A stretch of DNA of 64,000 nucleotides. It comes from an uncultured Eubacterium sp. GTDB taxonomy: Bacteria > Bacillota > Clostridia > Lachnospirales > Lachnospiraceae. Below are positions 36,027-46,152 of this stretch, piece by piece. The stretch is from NCBI GenBank assembly GCA_910579145.1, contig CAJTTQ010000001.1, positions 13,695-77,694 on the forward strand, read 5' to 3'. The translations under genes were made by a program, and so were the position numbers. Position 1 is the first letter of the stretch. Each line of letters starts with the position of its first letter. The notes beneath the pieces are model-generated. The model did no database searches. It saw nothing but the letters and a program-made list of their open reading frames with translations, and was not told where the DNA came from.

Positions 36027-37115
36027 GTGACAAGAGAGGAATACGAATTCTGGCTTTGCGGCATTCAGGGAATCGGCGTCAAAAAACTTTTGAAACTTCT
36101 GCAGGAATTTCCGACTGCGGAGGAGATTTTTGCCGCGCCAGAAGAGAGGCTTCACAAAGTTTCAGGAATAACTCAGAAGGATGTACATAATATAGTGGAA
36201 AGCAGGAAAAAATACAACCCCGTGTATTGGAACAAATTGCTGTCATCGTATCAATTGAAATGCGCGGGGTTCTTTTCCCACGAGTATCCGCGGGAATGCC
36301 GGCATCTGCACCAGCCGCCGAAACGGTTATTTTACCGGGGAAACATGCCGGTGGAACGGTTCCGGGTGGCCGTCGTCGGAGCGAGGGACTGCTCACTGTA
36401 TGGCCGTGAGACGGCGCGCGATTTTTCGGCATTCCTGTCGGCAAACGGCGTCGCGGTCATTAGCGGACTCGCGCGGGGCATCGACGGCTGGGCGCATCAG
36501 GGGGCGCTAGAAGGGGGCGGAACGACGTATGCCGTTCTCGGCAACAGCGCGGAGATCTGCTATCCCAAAGAGCATGAACGCCTGTACCACAGCATCATCC
36601 GGCACGGCGGCGGGATCCTCTCGGAATATCCGCCGGGGACGGAGGCGAGGCCGTCCTATTTTCCCATGCGTAACCGGATCATCGGCGCCTTGTCAGACGG
36701 AGTCCTCGTGGTGGAAGCGAGAGCGAAAAGTGGTTCGCTCATCACAGCCGACCTGGCACTCGAGCTGGGGAAGGAAGTTTTTGTTATTCCCGGCAGGGTC
36801 AGGGATGCGCTCAGCGAGGGCTGTAACAACCTGATCAAGCAGGGGGCATGCCTTGTCACAGAGCCAGGAGAAATACTGGATTGTCTCGGGATCGTTCCAG
36901 ATGGCGGGAGGAAAAATTTGAGAAATTTGAATATTCGGCTTGAAACGAAAGAAAAAATGGTGTATGATAGTGTAAGTTTTGAGCCAAAACATATCAGTGT
37001 ACTCGCAGAGGAGCAAAAGATGGAACAGGCGGAAATGATGCGTTGTCTGCTGACACTTTTGAAATATGGGATGATTCGCGAGATCGGGAATCATTATTAT
37101 GTGAAAAGGAATTAA
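36027..37115 (+). CDS. dprA: DNA-processing protein DprA
   Basis: VAVVGAR, ISGLARGIDG.AH, FPMRNRII, VVEA..SGSLITA..ALELGKEVF; GTG start. Confidence 0.95.
   Translation: MTREEYEFWLCGIQGIGVKKLLKLLQEFPTAEEIFAAPEERLHKVSGITQKDVHNIVESRKKYNPVYWNKLLSSYQLKCAGFFSHEYPRECRHLHQPPKRLFYRGNMPVERFRVAVVGARDCSLYGRETARDFSAFLSANGVAVISGLARGIDGWAHQGALEGGGTTYAVLGNSAEICYPKEHERLYHSIIRHGGGILSEYPPGTEARPSYFPMRNRIIGALSDGVLVVEARAKSGSLITADLALELGKEVFVIPGRVRDALSEGCNNLIKQGACLVTEPGEILDCLGIVPDGGRKNLRNLNIRLETKEKMVYDSVSFEPKHISVLAEEQKMEQAEMMRCLLTLLKYGMIREIGNHYYVKRN
36940..36968 (+). promoter_or_regulatory. SigA-like promoter inside dprA, probably driving topA
   Basis: TTGAAA-17-TATGAT in an AT-rich patch of the dprA 3' region. 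Confidence 0.5.
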
Positions 37116-37130
37116 AGGGGGCTATGTGAG

Positions 37131-39215
37131 ATGGCAAAGAACTTGATAATCGTCGAGTCACCGGCGAAATCGAAAACCATTAAAAAATTTTTGGGAAGCA
37201 ATTATATGGTAGTGGCTTCCAATGGACACGTAAGGGATTTGCCGAAAAGCCAGATGGGTGTCGATTTTGAAAATGATTTCGAGCCAAAATATATCACGAT
37301 AAGAGGGAAAGGGGAACTTCTCGCGTCACTTCGGAAAGAGGTAAAAAAGGCCGATAAGGTATATCTGGCGACTGACCCCGACCGCGAAGGGGAGGCGATT
37401 TCATGGCATTTACTCCATGCCCTGAAACTGGATCCGAAAAAAACGAGACGCATCACGTTTAATGAGATCACGAAAAATGCCGTGAGGCAGGCGATCAAGC
37501 AGTCCAGGGAGATCGATATGGATCTCGTGGACGCCCAGCAGGCCAGGCGTGTCCTCGACCGCATGGTCGGGTATTCGATCAGCCCGCTCTTGTGGCAGAA
37601 GGTGAAACGGGGATTAAGCGCCGGACGCGTACAGTCGGTTGCGCTGCGCATCATTGCCGACCGGGAAGCTGAGATCGACGCGTTTATCCCGAGCGAGTAC
37701 TGGTCGCTGGAGGCTTCATTTGCTGTAAAGGGAAGTAAAAAGCCGCTGATCGCGAAGTATTATGGAAATCCGAAAAAACAGGAAAATATTACGAAAGAGG
37801 AGATGGATCAGATCGTGAGCGCCCTGGAGGGGGCGGAATATGTCGTATCTGATATCAAGAAAGGAGAGCGGACGAAGAAACCGCCCGTACCGTTTACGAC
37901 GAGTACGCTGCAGCAGGAATGTTCCAAAAACCTGAACTTCGCGACACAGAAGACGATGCGTGTGGCGCAGCAGCTTTATGAAGGTGTGGCGGTCAAGGGA
38001 AGAGGAACCATTGGTCTTATTACGTATCTTAGAACTGATTCTACCCGTATTTCTGAAGAGGCAGACCGTGAGTGCCGGGCGTTTATCCGGGAAAACTATG
38101 GAGAAGAAAATATCGGTACTGCAAATAAGCCCAAAAAGGACGATAAAAAAATACAGGATGCCCATGAGGCCATCCGCCCGACCTATGTCGATCTGACGCC
38201 GGCGATGGTAAAGGATTCCTTGTCAAGGGAACAGTTCCGGCTGTACCAGATCATATGGAAGCGATTTGTGGCGAGCCGGATGGAGGGGGCCAGATACGAG
38301 ACGACTTCCGTGAAAATAGATGCAGGGGAGTACCGTTTTACAAGCTCGGGTTCGAAAATCGTGTTTCCGGGTTTTTTGTCGGTGTACCAAAATGAGGAAG
38401 ATAAGGCGGATAACAATGCCGTACTCCATAAGGTGAGCGAGGGGACGGTATTCCACGATGCGGCGCTTGAAGCGGAGCAGCATTTTACACAGCCGCCCGC
38501 CCATTATACCGAGGCGTCGCTCGTGAAGGCGCTGGAGGAACTGGGGATCGGCCGTCCGAGTACGTATGCGCCTACGATCACGACGCTGATCGCCCGCCGC
38601 TATGTGGCGAAGGAGCAGAAGAACCTGTATCTGTCAGAACTGGGTGATATTGTAAATCAGATCATGACGAGCGCGTTCTCAAGCATCGTTGACGTGAACT
38701 TCACGGCAACGATGGAAATGCTTTTAGACGGCGTGGCAGAGGGGAACGTGGAGTGGAAAAATATAATCAGGAACTTTTATCCCGATTTGGAAAAAGCTGT
38801 CAGTCACGCGGAACAGGCGCTGGAAAAAATTGAGATTGAGGATGAAGTGACCGATACCATCTGCGAAAACTGCGGCAGGAATATGGTGATCAAATACGGG
38901 CCGCACGGCAAGTTTCTGGCGTGTCCGGGCTTTCCAGACTGCCGGAATACGAAGCCTTATTTTGAAAAGATTGGTGTCACATGCAATAAATGCGGCGGTG
39001 AGATCGTTATTAAGAAAACGCAGAAGGGCAGACGGTACTATGGGTGTGAGAATTATCCAGAATGTGACGTGATGACCTGGCAGAGGCCCTCGGACAAACG
39101 CTGCCCGAAGTGCGGTAATATGCTGCTTGAAAAGGGAAATAAGCTGGTCTGTGCCGACAGATCCTGCGGCTTTCAGAAAGAAAAGGAGCCGGAATCCGCG
39201 GAGGAAAAGAAATAA
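37131..39215 (+). CDS. topA: DNA topoisomerase I
   Basis: LIIVESPAK, ATDPDREGEAI, SAGRVQS, ITYLRTDS, GIGRPSTYA; C-terminal zinc ribbons. Confidence 0.98.
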   Translation: MAKNLIIVESPAKSKTIKKFLGSNYMVVASNGHVRDLPKSQMGVDFENDFEPKYITIRGKGELLASLRKEVKKADKVYLATDPDREGEAISWHLLHALKLDPKKTRRITFNEITKNAVRQAIKQSREIDMDLVDAQQARRVLDRMVGYSISPLLWQKVKRGLSAGRVQSVALRIIADREAEIDAFIPSEYWSLEASFAVKGSKKPLIAKYYGNPKKQENITKEEMDQIVSALEGAEYVVSDIKKGERTKKPPVPFTTSTLQQECSKNLNFATQKTMRVAQQLYEGVAVKGRGTIGLITYLRTDSTRISEEADRECRAFIRENYGEENIGTANKPKKDDKKIQDAHEAIRPTYVDLTPAMVKDSLSREQFRLYQIIWKRFVASRMEGARYETTSVKIDAGEYRFTSSGSKIVFPGFLSVYQNEEDKADNNAVLHKVSEGTVFHDAALEAEQHFTQPPAHYTEASLVKALEELGIGRPSTYAPTITTLIARRYVAKEQKNLYLSELGDIVNQIMTSAFSSIVDVNFTATMEMLLDGVAEGNVEWKNIIRNFYPDLEKAVSHAEQALEKIEIEDEVTDTICENCGRNMVIKYGPHGKFLACPGFPDCRNTKPYFEKIGVTCNKCGGEIVIKKTQKGRRYYGCENYPECDVMTWQRPSDKRCPKCGNMLLEKGNKLVCADRSCGFQKEKEPESAEEKK

Positions 39216-39237
39216 TAAACTGCCTGATAAGTAGTAC

Positions 39238-39266
39238 TTGAATTATTTTTTGAACTATGATAAAAT
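39238..39266 (+). promoter_or_regulatory. SigA promoter of the flagellar operon
   Basis: TTGAAT-17-TAAAAT with extended TG. Confidence 0.65.
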
Positions 39267-39412
39267 GAGTTTTGATGGAATCTTTATCAAATGATTTCGT
39301 GATCAGGGATGTTCAAACAAAAAGAAATGGATTTCGAATACGCAAACGGAATTGTGGTGCTGCCACGATACCTTTGTGTTTTTATGTGAATAAATAGGAA
39401 AGGATGAGTGAG

Positions 39413-39802
39413 ATGGTTCTGTCTAACGCATACAACTACGTGAATGTGCTGAACAAGGCGGCAGATGCGAGCTGGACGAGAAATGATATTCTGGCCAATA
39501 ATATCGCCAATGCGGATACTCCCGGTTTTAAAAGAAAGGATGTACAATTTGAGACATATCTTGCGAACCTGGTAGCGGGTACGGATTCGCTTGACGAGAC
39601 TGTGGCAGGCATGGATCTGAATGAACTGAACTGCACTACATACACCGACCAGGCGAATTTGAGTTACCGCTATGACGGGAACAATGTTGATATGAATACA
39701 GAAAGTGTGGAGCTTGCCAAAAACCAGCTTAAGTACTATACGTTGATGAATTCCATGAACCAGGAATTCGCGAGACTTAAGACTGCACTTAAGACAAGCT
39801 GA
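39413..39802 (+). CDS. flgB: Flagellar basal-body rod protein FlgB
   Basis: ILANNIANADTPGFKRKDV; DGNNVD. Alternative start 39404. Confidence 0.96.
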   Translation: MVLSNAYNYVNVLNKAADASWTRNDILANNIANADTPGFKRKDVQFETYLANLVAGTDSLDETVAGMDLNELNCTTYTDQANLSYRYDGNNVDMNTESVELAKNQLKYYTLMNSMNQEFARLKTALKTS

Positions 39803-39857
39803 TTTTATTGATTGGTTTGATCGAAAAAATAATGTGAAAAATAATTCATAGAAAGAA

Positions 39858-40304
39858 GTGATTGGATTGTCAGTTTTTGGAGCAATGGATATGAGCGCCA
39901 CAGGAATGACGGCGCAGCAGGTGAGGAGTGACATTATTGCACAGAACCTCGCAAATGTAAATACGACGCGCGACGCGAACGGACATGTATACAGGCGTAA
40001 GACGGTCGTGTTCGAGGAAAAAAGTTTTCCTACGTTCCGGGAATCGCTCAGTTACGCGACCGGCCATATCGGGAAAGGGGTAAAAGTGACCGAAATCGTA
40101 GAGGACCCGTCTGATGGGAATCTGGTTTATGATCCGTCGCACCCCGACGCGAATGAGGATGGCTATGTGATGTATCCGAATGTGAATGCCGTGACGGAAA
40201 TGACGAACATGATCGATGCGACGAGGGCATACGAGGCGAATGTTACGGTTTTGAATTCCACGAAGGGGATGGCGCTGAAAGCGTTAGAGCTTGGAGGTGC
40301 GTGA
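39858..40304 (+). CDS. flgC: Flagellar basal-body rod protein FlgC
   Basis: SATGMTAQ..AQNLAN; YDPSHPDA..GYV.YPNVN; RAYEAN. Confidence 0.96.
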   Translation: MIGLSVFGAMDMSATGMTAQQVRSDIIAQNLANVNTTRDANGHVYRRKTVVFEEKSFPTFRESLSYATGHIGKGVKVTEIVEDPSDGNLVYDPSHPDANEDGYVMYPNVNAVTEMTNMIDATRAYEANVTVLNSTKGMALKALELGGA

Positions 40305-40347
40305 TGAGAGCGATTGACAATGACGAGGAAAAGAGGGGTAGTAGACG

Positions 40348-40668
40348 ATGAATATCAGTCAGATTTCAGGTATTGACCGTTTGTCGGAAGTGAGCAGGTA
40401 TGGCAGTACGACGGATACAGAAATAAAAACATCGGGACAGGATACGTTTGAAAGTATTCTTTCTTCGGCGATGAAGATGGTAAATGAGACAGATCAGCTC
40501 TCAAATGCGGCAGAGGAGGAAGAAATCCGCTTTGCGATCGGGGAAACCGATAACTGGCATGATCTGATGGTTGCCCAGCAGAAAGCGAATATTTCGCTGC
40601 AGTACACGGTTGCCGTTAAAAATACGGCGATAGAAGCCTATAAGACGCTGCTCAACATGCAGTTCTAA
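40348..40668 (+). CDS. fliE: Flagellar hook-basal body protein FliE
   Basis: HDLMVAQQKANISLQ..AYKTLLNMQF; position. Confidence 0.93.
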   Translation: MNISQISGIDRLSEVSRYGSTTDTEIKTSGQDTFESILSSAMKMVNETDQLSNAAEEEEIRFAIGETDNWHDLMVAQQKANISLQYTVAVKNTAIEAYKTLLNMQF

Positions 40669-40723
40669 ATGGTTCTTGATACGCCGGCGGGGGATTAGAA
40701 TACTTTAACCACAGTTAGGAGCG

Positions 40724-42358
40724 ATGAAGTTTATGATGGATCAGTTGATCGCCATTAAAGATAAATTGATTTCTTGGTGGAACAATTATACGACTAAGCA
40801 GAAGACGATTATTACCTGTGTTACATTAGCGGTCTTTTTTCTGTTGGTCTTGCTGTCCTATTTGCTGACAAGGCCGACCTACACACATCTTGCCACGTTG
40901 TCAGACGGCGCGCTGGCCAGTGAGCTGTCGGATGCGCTGACAGAAAAAGGTGTGGACTATGAGATGGAGACAGACTCTTCGGGAACGACAAGCTTTGATG
41001 TAGTTCAGTCCGACTACTCGGAAGCGGTTTTGGCGATGGGGTCCCAGGGCATCGTAGATAAAGATATGACGTGGGAAGATGCGCTAAATAGTGATATGAC
41101 GACATCTTCGCTTGAAAAACATACAAAGATCACGCTGGCGCTTCAGTCATCGATCAAAGAAAATCTGTTAAACTTTGACGGGGTTGAGGACGCGTCGGTG
41201 ATCATCGACCGGAGAGAGGACGATAATACGATCCGGTCGGAAAAAGAAGAGACGGCAGTCAGCGTTACGCTCCGCGTGGCAAACGGCAAGGAGATTGAAA
41301 CGGAAGTGGCGCGGGCGATGGCTTTTTATCTCACCAATGCCGTCGGCAACACGACGACGGACAATGTCGTGATCGTGGATACGACAGGAAATCTCCTGTA
41401 CGGCGCAAAGACGGACAATACGCTCGGCGGAACGGTTTCTGGCTTGGAAGATTATAAGGCGAAACTTCAGCGCACATTTGCGGAACGGACCGAGCGGATC
41501 CTCTTGAAAGCCGGATACGATGACGCCGCTGTCAGTGAGATGGCGATCGATTACAACATGGACAAAGTGACCGAGCTGTACACGGAATATTCCGTGCCGG
41601 AAGGACAGGATCAAGGTTATTATTCCCATTCGTATGAGTATAAATCGAATGGGCAGTCCGCAAACGGCGGTCTGCCGGGGACGGATTCGAATGCCGAAGA
41701 TACGAATTACATGCTTTCAAACAACGGCTCCACCAATACGGAGACGGTTCTGAATAAATATGATTATCTTCCGAACGAAGATGTGAAAAACATTGAGCAT
41801 GAGGTGGGGGCGGTCAATCAGGAGGAATCTTCGATCGGTATCGTGCTGACGAATTACCGGAGGATTTCGGAAGAAGTGCTCCAGGAGCAGGGAGCGCTGG
41901 ATAATATGTCATTTGACCAGTACATCGAGCAAAACAGTGCGGTGACGCCGTTAGAAGTGCCGGAAGGCCTGGTAGAATTGGTGGCGGCATCGACGGGGAT
42001 CGCGGCCAATAATATTTCGATCCGCGTACAGGAAAAACCGGTATTCGAGGCAGCAGAGGAGTCGAGTTTCCTCGGAAGCTTTACGAATTACCTGATGATC
42101 ATCCTCACCGTTCTCATCGGTGCCCTGTTGATCTTTGTGATCATCCGTGGAACGTCGCCGGTAGAAGTGACAGAGATGGAGCCGGAACTTTCGGTAGAAG
42201 ATCTGCTCGCGACGACAGCGGAAGATACCGAAAGCCTGGAAGAGATCGAATTCGGAGAGAAATCAGAGACGAGAAATCTGATAGAAAAATTTGTTGATGA
42301 AAATCCGGATGCGGTGGCATCGCTGCTGCGAAACTGGATCAATGAAGATTGGGGGTAA
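40724..42358 (+). CDS. fliF: Flagellar M-ring protein FliF
   Basis: Two TM helices; GGLPGTDSN; ENPDAVASLLRNWI; position. Confidence 0.92.
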   Translation: MKFMMDQLIAIKDKLISWWNNYTTKQKTIITCVTLAVFFLLVLLSYLLTRPTYTHLATLSDGALASELSDALTEKGVDYEMETDSSGTTSFDVVQSDYSEAVLAMGSQGIVDKDMTWEDALNSDMTTSSLEKHTKITLALQSSIKENLLNFDGVEDASVIIDRREDDNTIRSEKEETAVSVTLRVANGKEIETEVARAMAFYLTNAVGNTTTDNVVIVDTTGNLLYGAKTDNTLGGTVSGLEDYKAKLQRTFAERTERILLKAGYDDAAVSEMAIDYNMDKVTELYTEYSVPEGQDQGYYSHSYEYKSNGQSANGGLPGTDSNAEDTNYMLSNNGSTNTETVLNKYDYLPNEDVKNIEHEVGAVNQEESSIGIVLTNYRRISEEVLQEQGALDNMSFDQYIEQNSAVTPLEVPEGLVELVAASTGIAANNISIRVQEKPVFEAAEESSFLGSFTNYLMIILTVLIGALLIFVIIRGTSPVEVTEMEPELSVEDLLATTAEDTESLEEIEFGEKSETRNLIEKFVDENPDAVASLLRNWINEDWG

Positions 42359-42364
42359 AGACAT

Positions 42365-43390
42365 ATGGCTCATGCGCGTACAGTTTCGGTTTCTGAAATG
42401 GACGGCGTTCAAAAGGCTGCGATACTTTTGATCACGCTTGGTCCAGAGAAAGCGGCTACCGTTTTTAAACATTTAAAAGAAGATGAGATTGAACAGCTCA
42501 CGCTAGAGATCGCGAATATACGGAATGTTACGCCGGCGGAGAAGGAAGCTGTTCTGAATGAGTTTTATGAAGTGTGTCTTGCCCAGCAGTATATCGAAGA
42601 GGGTGGTATCGGGTATGCCAAAGACCTGCTTCAGAAAGCGCTCGGAGAAGAGAAGGCGAAAGAGGTGCTTGGTAAGCTCACCGCTTCCCTTCAGGTGCGT
42701 CCGTTTGAGTTTATACGCAAGACTGAGGCCTCCCAGATCCTTAACTTTATTCAGGATGAACATCCGCAGACGATCGCCTTGATCTTATCGTATCTTTCGC
42801 CGACGCAGGCGGCGGGCATTATCAGTACGCTCACACCGGATAAGCAGACCGATGTGGCGAAGCGTATTGCGCTTATGGACAGAACGTCTCCCGATGTCAT
42901 CAAGGAGGTGGAGAACATCTTGGAACAGAAACTTTCTTCCCTCGTCAATCAGGATTACACGATCGTTGGCGGTATCGATTCGATCGTAGAAGTTTTGAAT
43001 ACGGTGGATAGGGGAACAGAAAAGCATATTATGGAAAACCTGGAAATCGAGGAGCCGGAACTGGCAGACGAGATCCGCAAGAAGATGTTCGTATTCGAGG
43101 ATATCCTTATGCTGGACGACCGTTCGATCCAGCGGGTGCTGCGTGAGGTGGAGAACAGCGAGCTGGCAGTTGCCCTCAAAGGCGCGAACGAAGATGTCCA
43201 AAATGTTATCTTCAACAATATGTCAACCCGTTTGTCCGCGATGATACGGGAAGATATGGAATATATGGGTCCTGTCCGTATGAAGGATGTAGAAGAGGCA
43301 CAGCAGAAGATTGTTAATGTGATTCGAAAACTTGAGGATTCCGGTGAGATTGTCATTTCGAGAGGCGGAGGTGACGAGATCGTTGTCTAA
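42365..43390 (+). CDS. fliG: Flagellar motor switch protein FliG
   Basis: KAAILLITLG, GGIGYA, EHPQTIALILSYL, MFVFED. Confidence 0.98.
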   Translation: MAHARTVSVSEMDGVQKAAILLITLGPEKAATVFKHLKEDEIEQLTLEIANIRNVTPAEKEAVLNEFYEVCLAQQYIEEGGIGYAKDLLQKALGEEKAKEVLGKLTASLQVRPFEFIRKTEASQILNFIQDEHPQTIALILSYLSPTQAAGIISTLTPDKQTDVAKRIALMDRTSPDVIKEVENILEQKLSSLVNQDYTIVGGIDSIVEVLNTVDRGTEKHIMENLEIEEPELADEIRKKMFVFEDILMLDDRSIQRVLREVENSELAVALKGANEDVQNVIFNNMSTRLSAMIREDMEYMGPVRMKDVEEAQQKIVNVIRKLEDSGEIVISRGGGDEIVV

Positions 43391-44273
43391 TCTGATCAAG
43401 TATCCCTTTGTTGATATGAGGGGAAAAGAGGCGTTCGTAATAAATAACAACCGCAAAGAAGATATGTTTATGCCGCTGCACGAGGGGAAAAGGAAACTGG
43501 ATCCTATGACGGCCGCCGCGGCCGGTGTGGTGGAATGTAAGACGATGAGTGAGATCGAGGCCGAAAAAGCACTACAGGCCGCTGGATTAACGGTACATCA
43601 AGCAGATACGGACGAGAAAGAAGGCCAGTTCAGTGCCGGCCTTCCTGTGACTGATTTGGATGAAGTGCTGCGCAAACGCCAGCAGGAGGCAAAAGATGCG
43701 GCAGACCAGCACATCTCGGAGGCGAAAAAAGAAGCGGAAAAGATCAAGGCAGACGCGCAGATCGCGGCCGATGCGGCGAGAGCGAGCGGATATGAAGAGG
43801 GCCGGAACCAGGGATATGAGGATGGGATGGCTCAGGCGGAGCAGGATATACAGCAGAAAGAAGCGGAGCTTGCGGAGAGCGCGCGGTTACAGCGGGAAGA
43901 ACTGGCATCTTGTCTGGCCGGGATCGAGAGTAAATATGTAGATGTTGTGATAGCGCTCGTGAAAAAGCTCACGGATGTCGTCATGGAGGATAAGAAAGAT
44001 CTTATTTTGTATCTGATCCGCACGGCGGCAAGGGATCTAGAACCATCCGCAAATTATAAGATCCGGGTTTCATCGGATGATGTGTATTATTTGGAAGCGC
44101 ACAAGGCGGAGTTGTCAGAGTATGTCGGTGAAAGTGCCGTTTTTGAATTTGTAGAGGAAAAGGGACTGGAAAAAGGACAGTGTATCATCGAAACAGACAG
44201 CCAGATGGCAGACTGCGGCTTTCAGACGCAGCTGGATATGCTTGTCCGCGATTTAAAAATGCTGGTAAATTAA
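43383..44273 (+). CDS. fliH: Flagellar assembly protein FliH
   Basis: GYEEGRNQGYEDG GxxxG repeats; GQCIIETD; TTG start overlapping fliG. Confidence 0.9.
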   Translation: MSNLIKYPFVDMRGKEAFVINNNRKEDMFMPLHEGKRKLDPMTAAAAGVVECKTMSEIEAEKALQAAGLTVHQADTDEKEGQFSAGLPVTDLDEVLRKRQQEAKDAADQHISEAKKEAEKIKADAQIAADAARASGYEEGRNQGYEDGMAQAEQDIQQKEAELAESARLQREELASCLAGIESKYVDVVIALVKKLTDVVMEDKKDLILYLIRTAARDLEPSANYKIRVSSDDVYYLEAHKAELSEYVGESAVFEFVEEKGLEKGQCIIETDSQMADCGFQTQLDMLVRDLKMLVN

Positions 44274-44279
44274 AGGGGG

Positions 44280-45629
44280 ATGACTATGAATCCTTCATCT
44301 GTAATTAATTTTGACAGATATGACGCGCTGTTGGAGAGAAGTCATGTGAGACATCTCGGAAAGGTGACGAAAGTGGTCGGTTTGACGATCGAGTCGATTG
44401 GGCCGGAGGCAAAGCTTAATGACCTCTGTATCATAAAGTCAAACTCTTCCGCGGGAGCAGTAAAGGCGGAAGTGGTCGGATTCCGGGATGACCGGGTGTT
44501 ACTCATGCCTTACGATAATGTCGAGGGTGTCGGACTCGGAAGCTGGGTAGAAAATACCGGAGCGCCGCTGCAGGTATCCGTCAGCGATGAACTTCTCGGG
44601 AAGACGCTGGACGGCGTCGGAGAGCCGATGAACGCGCCGCAGCTGTCAGAAAATAGTCATAAATATTCTGTTGAGGCGTCTCCGCCTGATCCATTGACCC
44701 GTAAATTGATTGATGAAGTTCTTCCCTTAGGCGTAAAGGCAGTAGACGGCCTGATCACAGTGGGGAAAGGGCAGCGTATTGGTATCTTTGCGGGAAGTGG
44801 AGTGGGAAAGAGTACGCTGATGGGCATGTTCGCGAGAAATACGAAGGCGGACGTGAATGTGATCGCTCTCATAGGCGAGCGAGGCAGGGAAGTCCGCGAA
44901 TTTATCGAGAGGGATCTCGGGGAAGAGGGCATGCGCCGTTCGGTCGTCGTTGTGGCGACGTCCGATAAACCTGCGCTCATCCGAAATAAAGCGGCTAAAA
45001 CGGCGACGGCGATCGCCGAATATTTTCGTGATAAGGGAAAAGACGTTCTGTTGATGATGGATTCGCTGACGCGTTTTTCGATGGCACAGCGGGAGATTGG
45101 GCTTGCGTCCGGGGAGCCGCCGGTTTCCAGAGGGTATCCGCCCAGTGTGTACGCCGAGATGCCAAAGCTTTTGGAACGCGCGGGAAATTCAGACCGCGGT
45201 TCGATCACCGGACTATATTCCGTGTTAGTGGACGGCGACGATTTCAATGAGCCGATCACCGATACTGCCCGAGGGATCTTGGACGGACATATCGTACTTT
45301 CCCGGTCGATGGCGCAAAAGAACCACTATCCGGCTATCGATATACTCGGAAGCATTTCCCGTGTAATGAGTTCGATCGCGGCAAAAGAACATAAAGATGT
45401 GGCCGGAGAACTGAAACATGTTCTTGCTACTTACCGGGAAGCAGAGGATCTGATCAATATCGGAGCCTATAAACCGGGGTCTAACCATGAGATTGATTTT
45501 GCGATCGAGAAGATTGAACCGGTCAATGAATTCCTGAAGCAGTCGACGGAGGAAAAGTTTACGTTTGAGGAAGCGGTTTCGATCATGACGGACATTTTTG
45601 GCGCGGACGAAGAGGAATATACGGCATGA
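44280..45629 (+). CDS. fliI: Flagellar export ATPase FliI
   Basis: GQRIGIFAGSGVGKSTL, LIGERGREV, MDSLTRF, GEPP..GYPPSV. Confidence 0.98.
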   Translation: MTMNPSSVINFDRYDALLERSHVRHLGKVTKVVGLTIESIGPEAKLNDLCIIKSNSSAGAVKAEVVGFRDDRVLLMPYDNVEGVGLGSWVENTGAPLQVSVSDELLGKTLDGVGEPMNAPQLSENSHKYSVEASPPDPLTRKLIDEVLPLGVKAVDGLITVGKGQRIGIFAGSGVGKSTLMGMFARNTKADVNVIALIGERGREVREFIERDLGEEGMRRSVVVVATSDKPALIRNKAAKTATAIAEYFRDKGKDVLLMMDSLTRFSMAQREIGLASGEPPVSRGYPPSVYAEMPKLLERAGNSDRGSITGLYSVLVDGDDFNEPITDTARGILDGHIVLSRSMAQKNHYPAIDILGSISRVMSSIAAKEHKDVAGELKHVLATYREAEDLINIGAYKPGSNHEIDFAIEKIEPVNEFLKQSTEEKFTFEEAVSIMTDIFGADEEEYTA

Positions 45630-45685
45630 TCCGCGGAAGAGACGAAAATAAGGATCAAAAATAATGCAGCTGGGAGGAAGGCGGC

Positions 45686-46132
45686 ATGGCGTGTTTTCGA
45701 TTTTCGATGCAGAACATATTGAATATGAAAGAAAAGCTGGAAGATCAGGCGAAGAATAAATATGCCCAGGCAAACGCCAGGCTCCTGCGTGAACAGGAAA
45801 AGCTGGAGATCATTGTGGCGAGACGGGAAGAGGCCAGAGAGAAACTGAAGCTTGTCTTATATGAAACGTTATCGGTGTCAGAGATCCGAACGAGGGAAAA
45901 CGCGGTGGAAGTGCTTAAATATTATGCGATGCAGCAGCAGCTTGCCGTGAAGCGGTGTGAGAAGGAAGTAGAAGTCGCGAGGGAAGAGCTGAGTGAGGCA
46001 ATGAAAGAGCGGAAGATTTTTGAAAAGCTGAGAGAAAAAGCGTTTGAGCAGTTCGTGTTCGAAGAGAACCGGAAAGAGCAAAAAGAAGTGGATGAGCTTA
46101 TGAGTTATAAACATGGAACGAAGGCTGTGTAA
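45686..46132 (+). CDS. fliJ: Flagellar export protein FliJ
   Basis: FRFSMQNIL; coiled coil; EQKEVDE; position. Confidence 0.92.
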   Translation: MACFRFSMQNILNMKEKLEDQAKNKYAQANARLLREQEKLEIIVARREEAREKLKLVLYETLSVSEIRTRENAVEVLKYYAMQQQLAVKRCEKEVEVAREELSEAMKERKIFEKLREKAFEQFVFEENRKEQKEVDELMSYKHGTKAV

Positions 46133-46152
46133 AAGCAGAAAAGAGGGAGAGT

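Noticed and set aside
34457..37115. comM-dprA as a novel competence island
   Set aside because: The comM-dprA-topA order is common and well known
39300..39400. Possible c-di-GMP-I riboswitch before flgB (TTCAAAC..GAAA..ACGCAAA resemblance)
   Set aside because: Bases flanking GAAA do not pair into the P2 stem and the GGCAAA/GACGCAAA cores are degenerate; needs an Infernal scan
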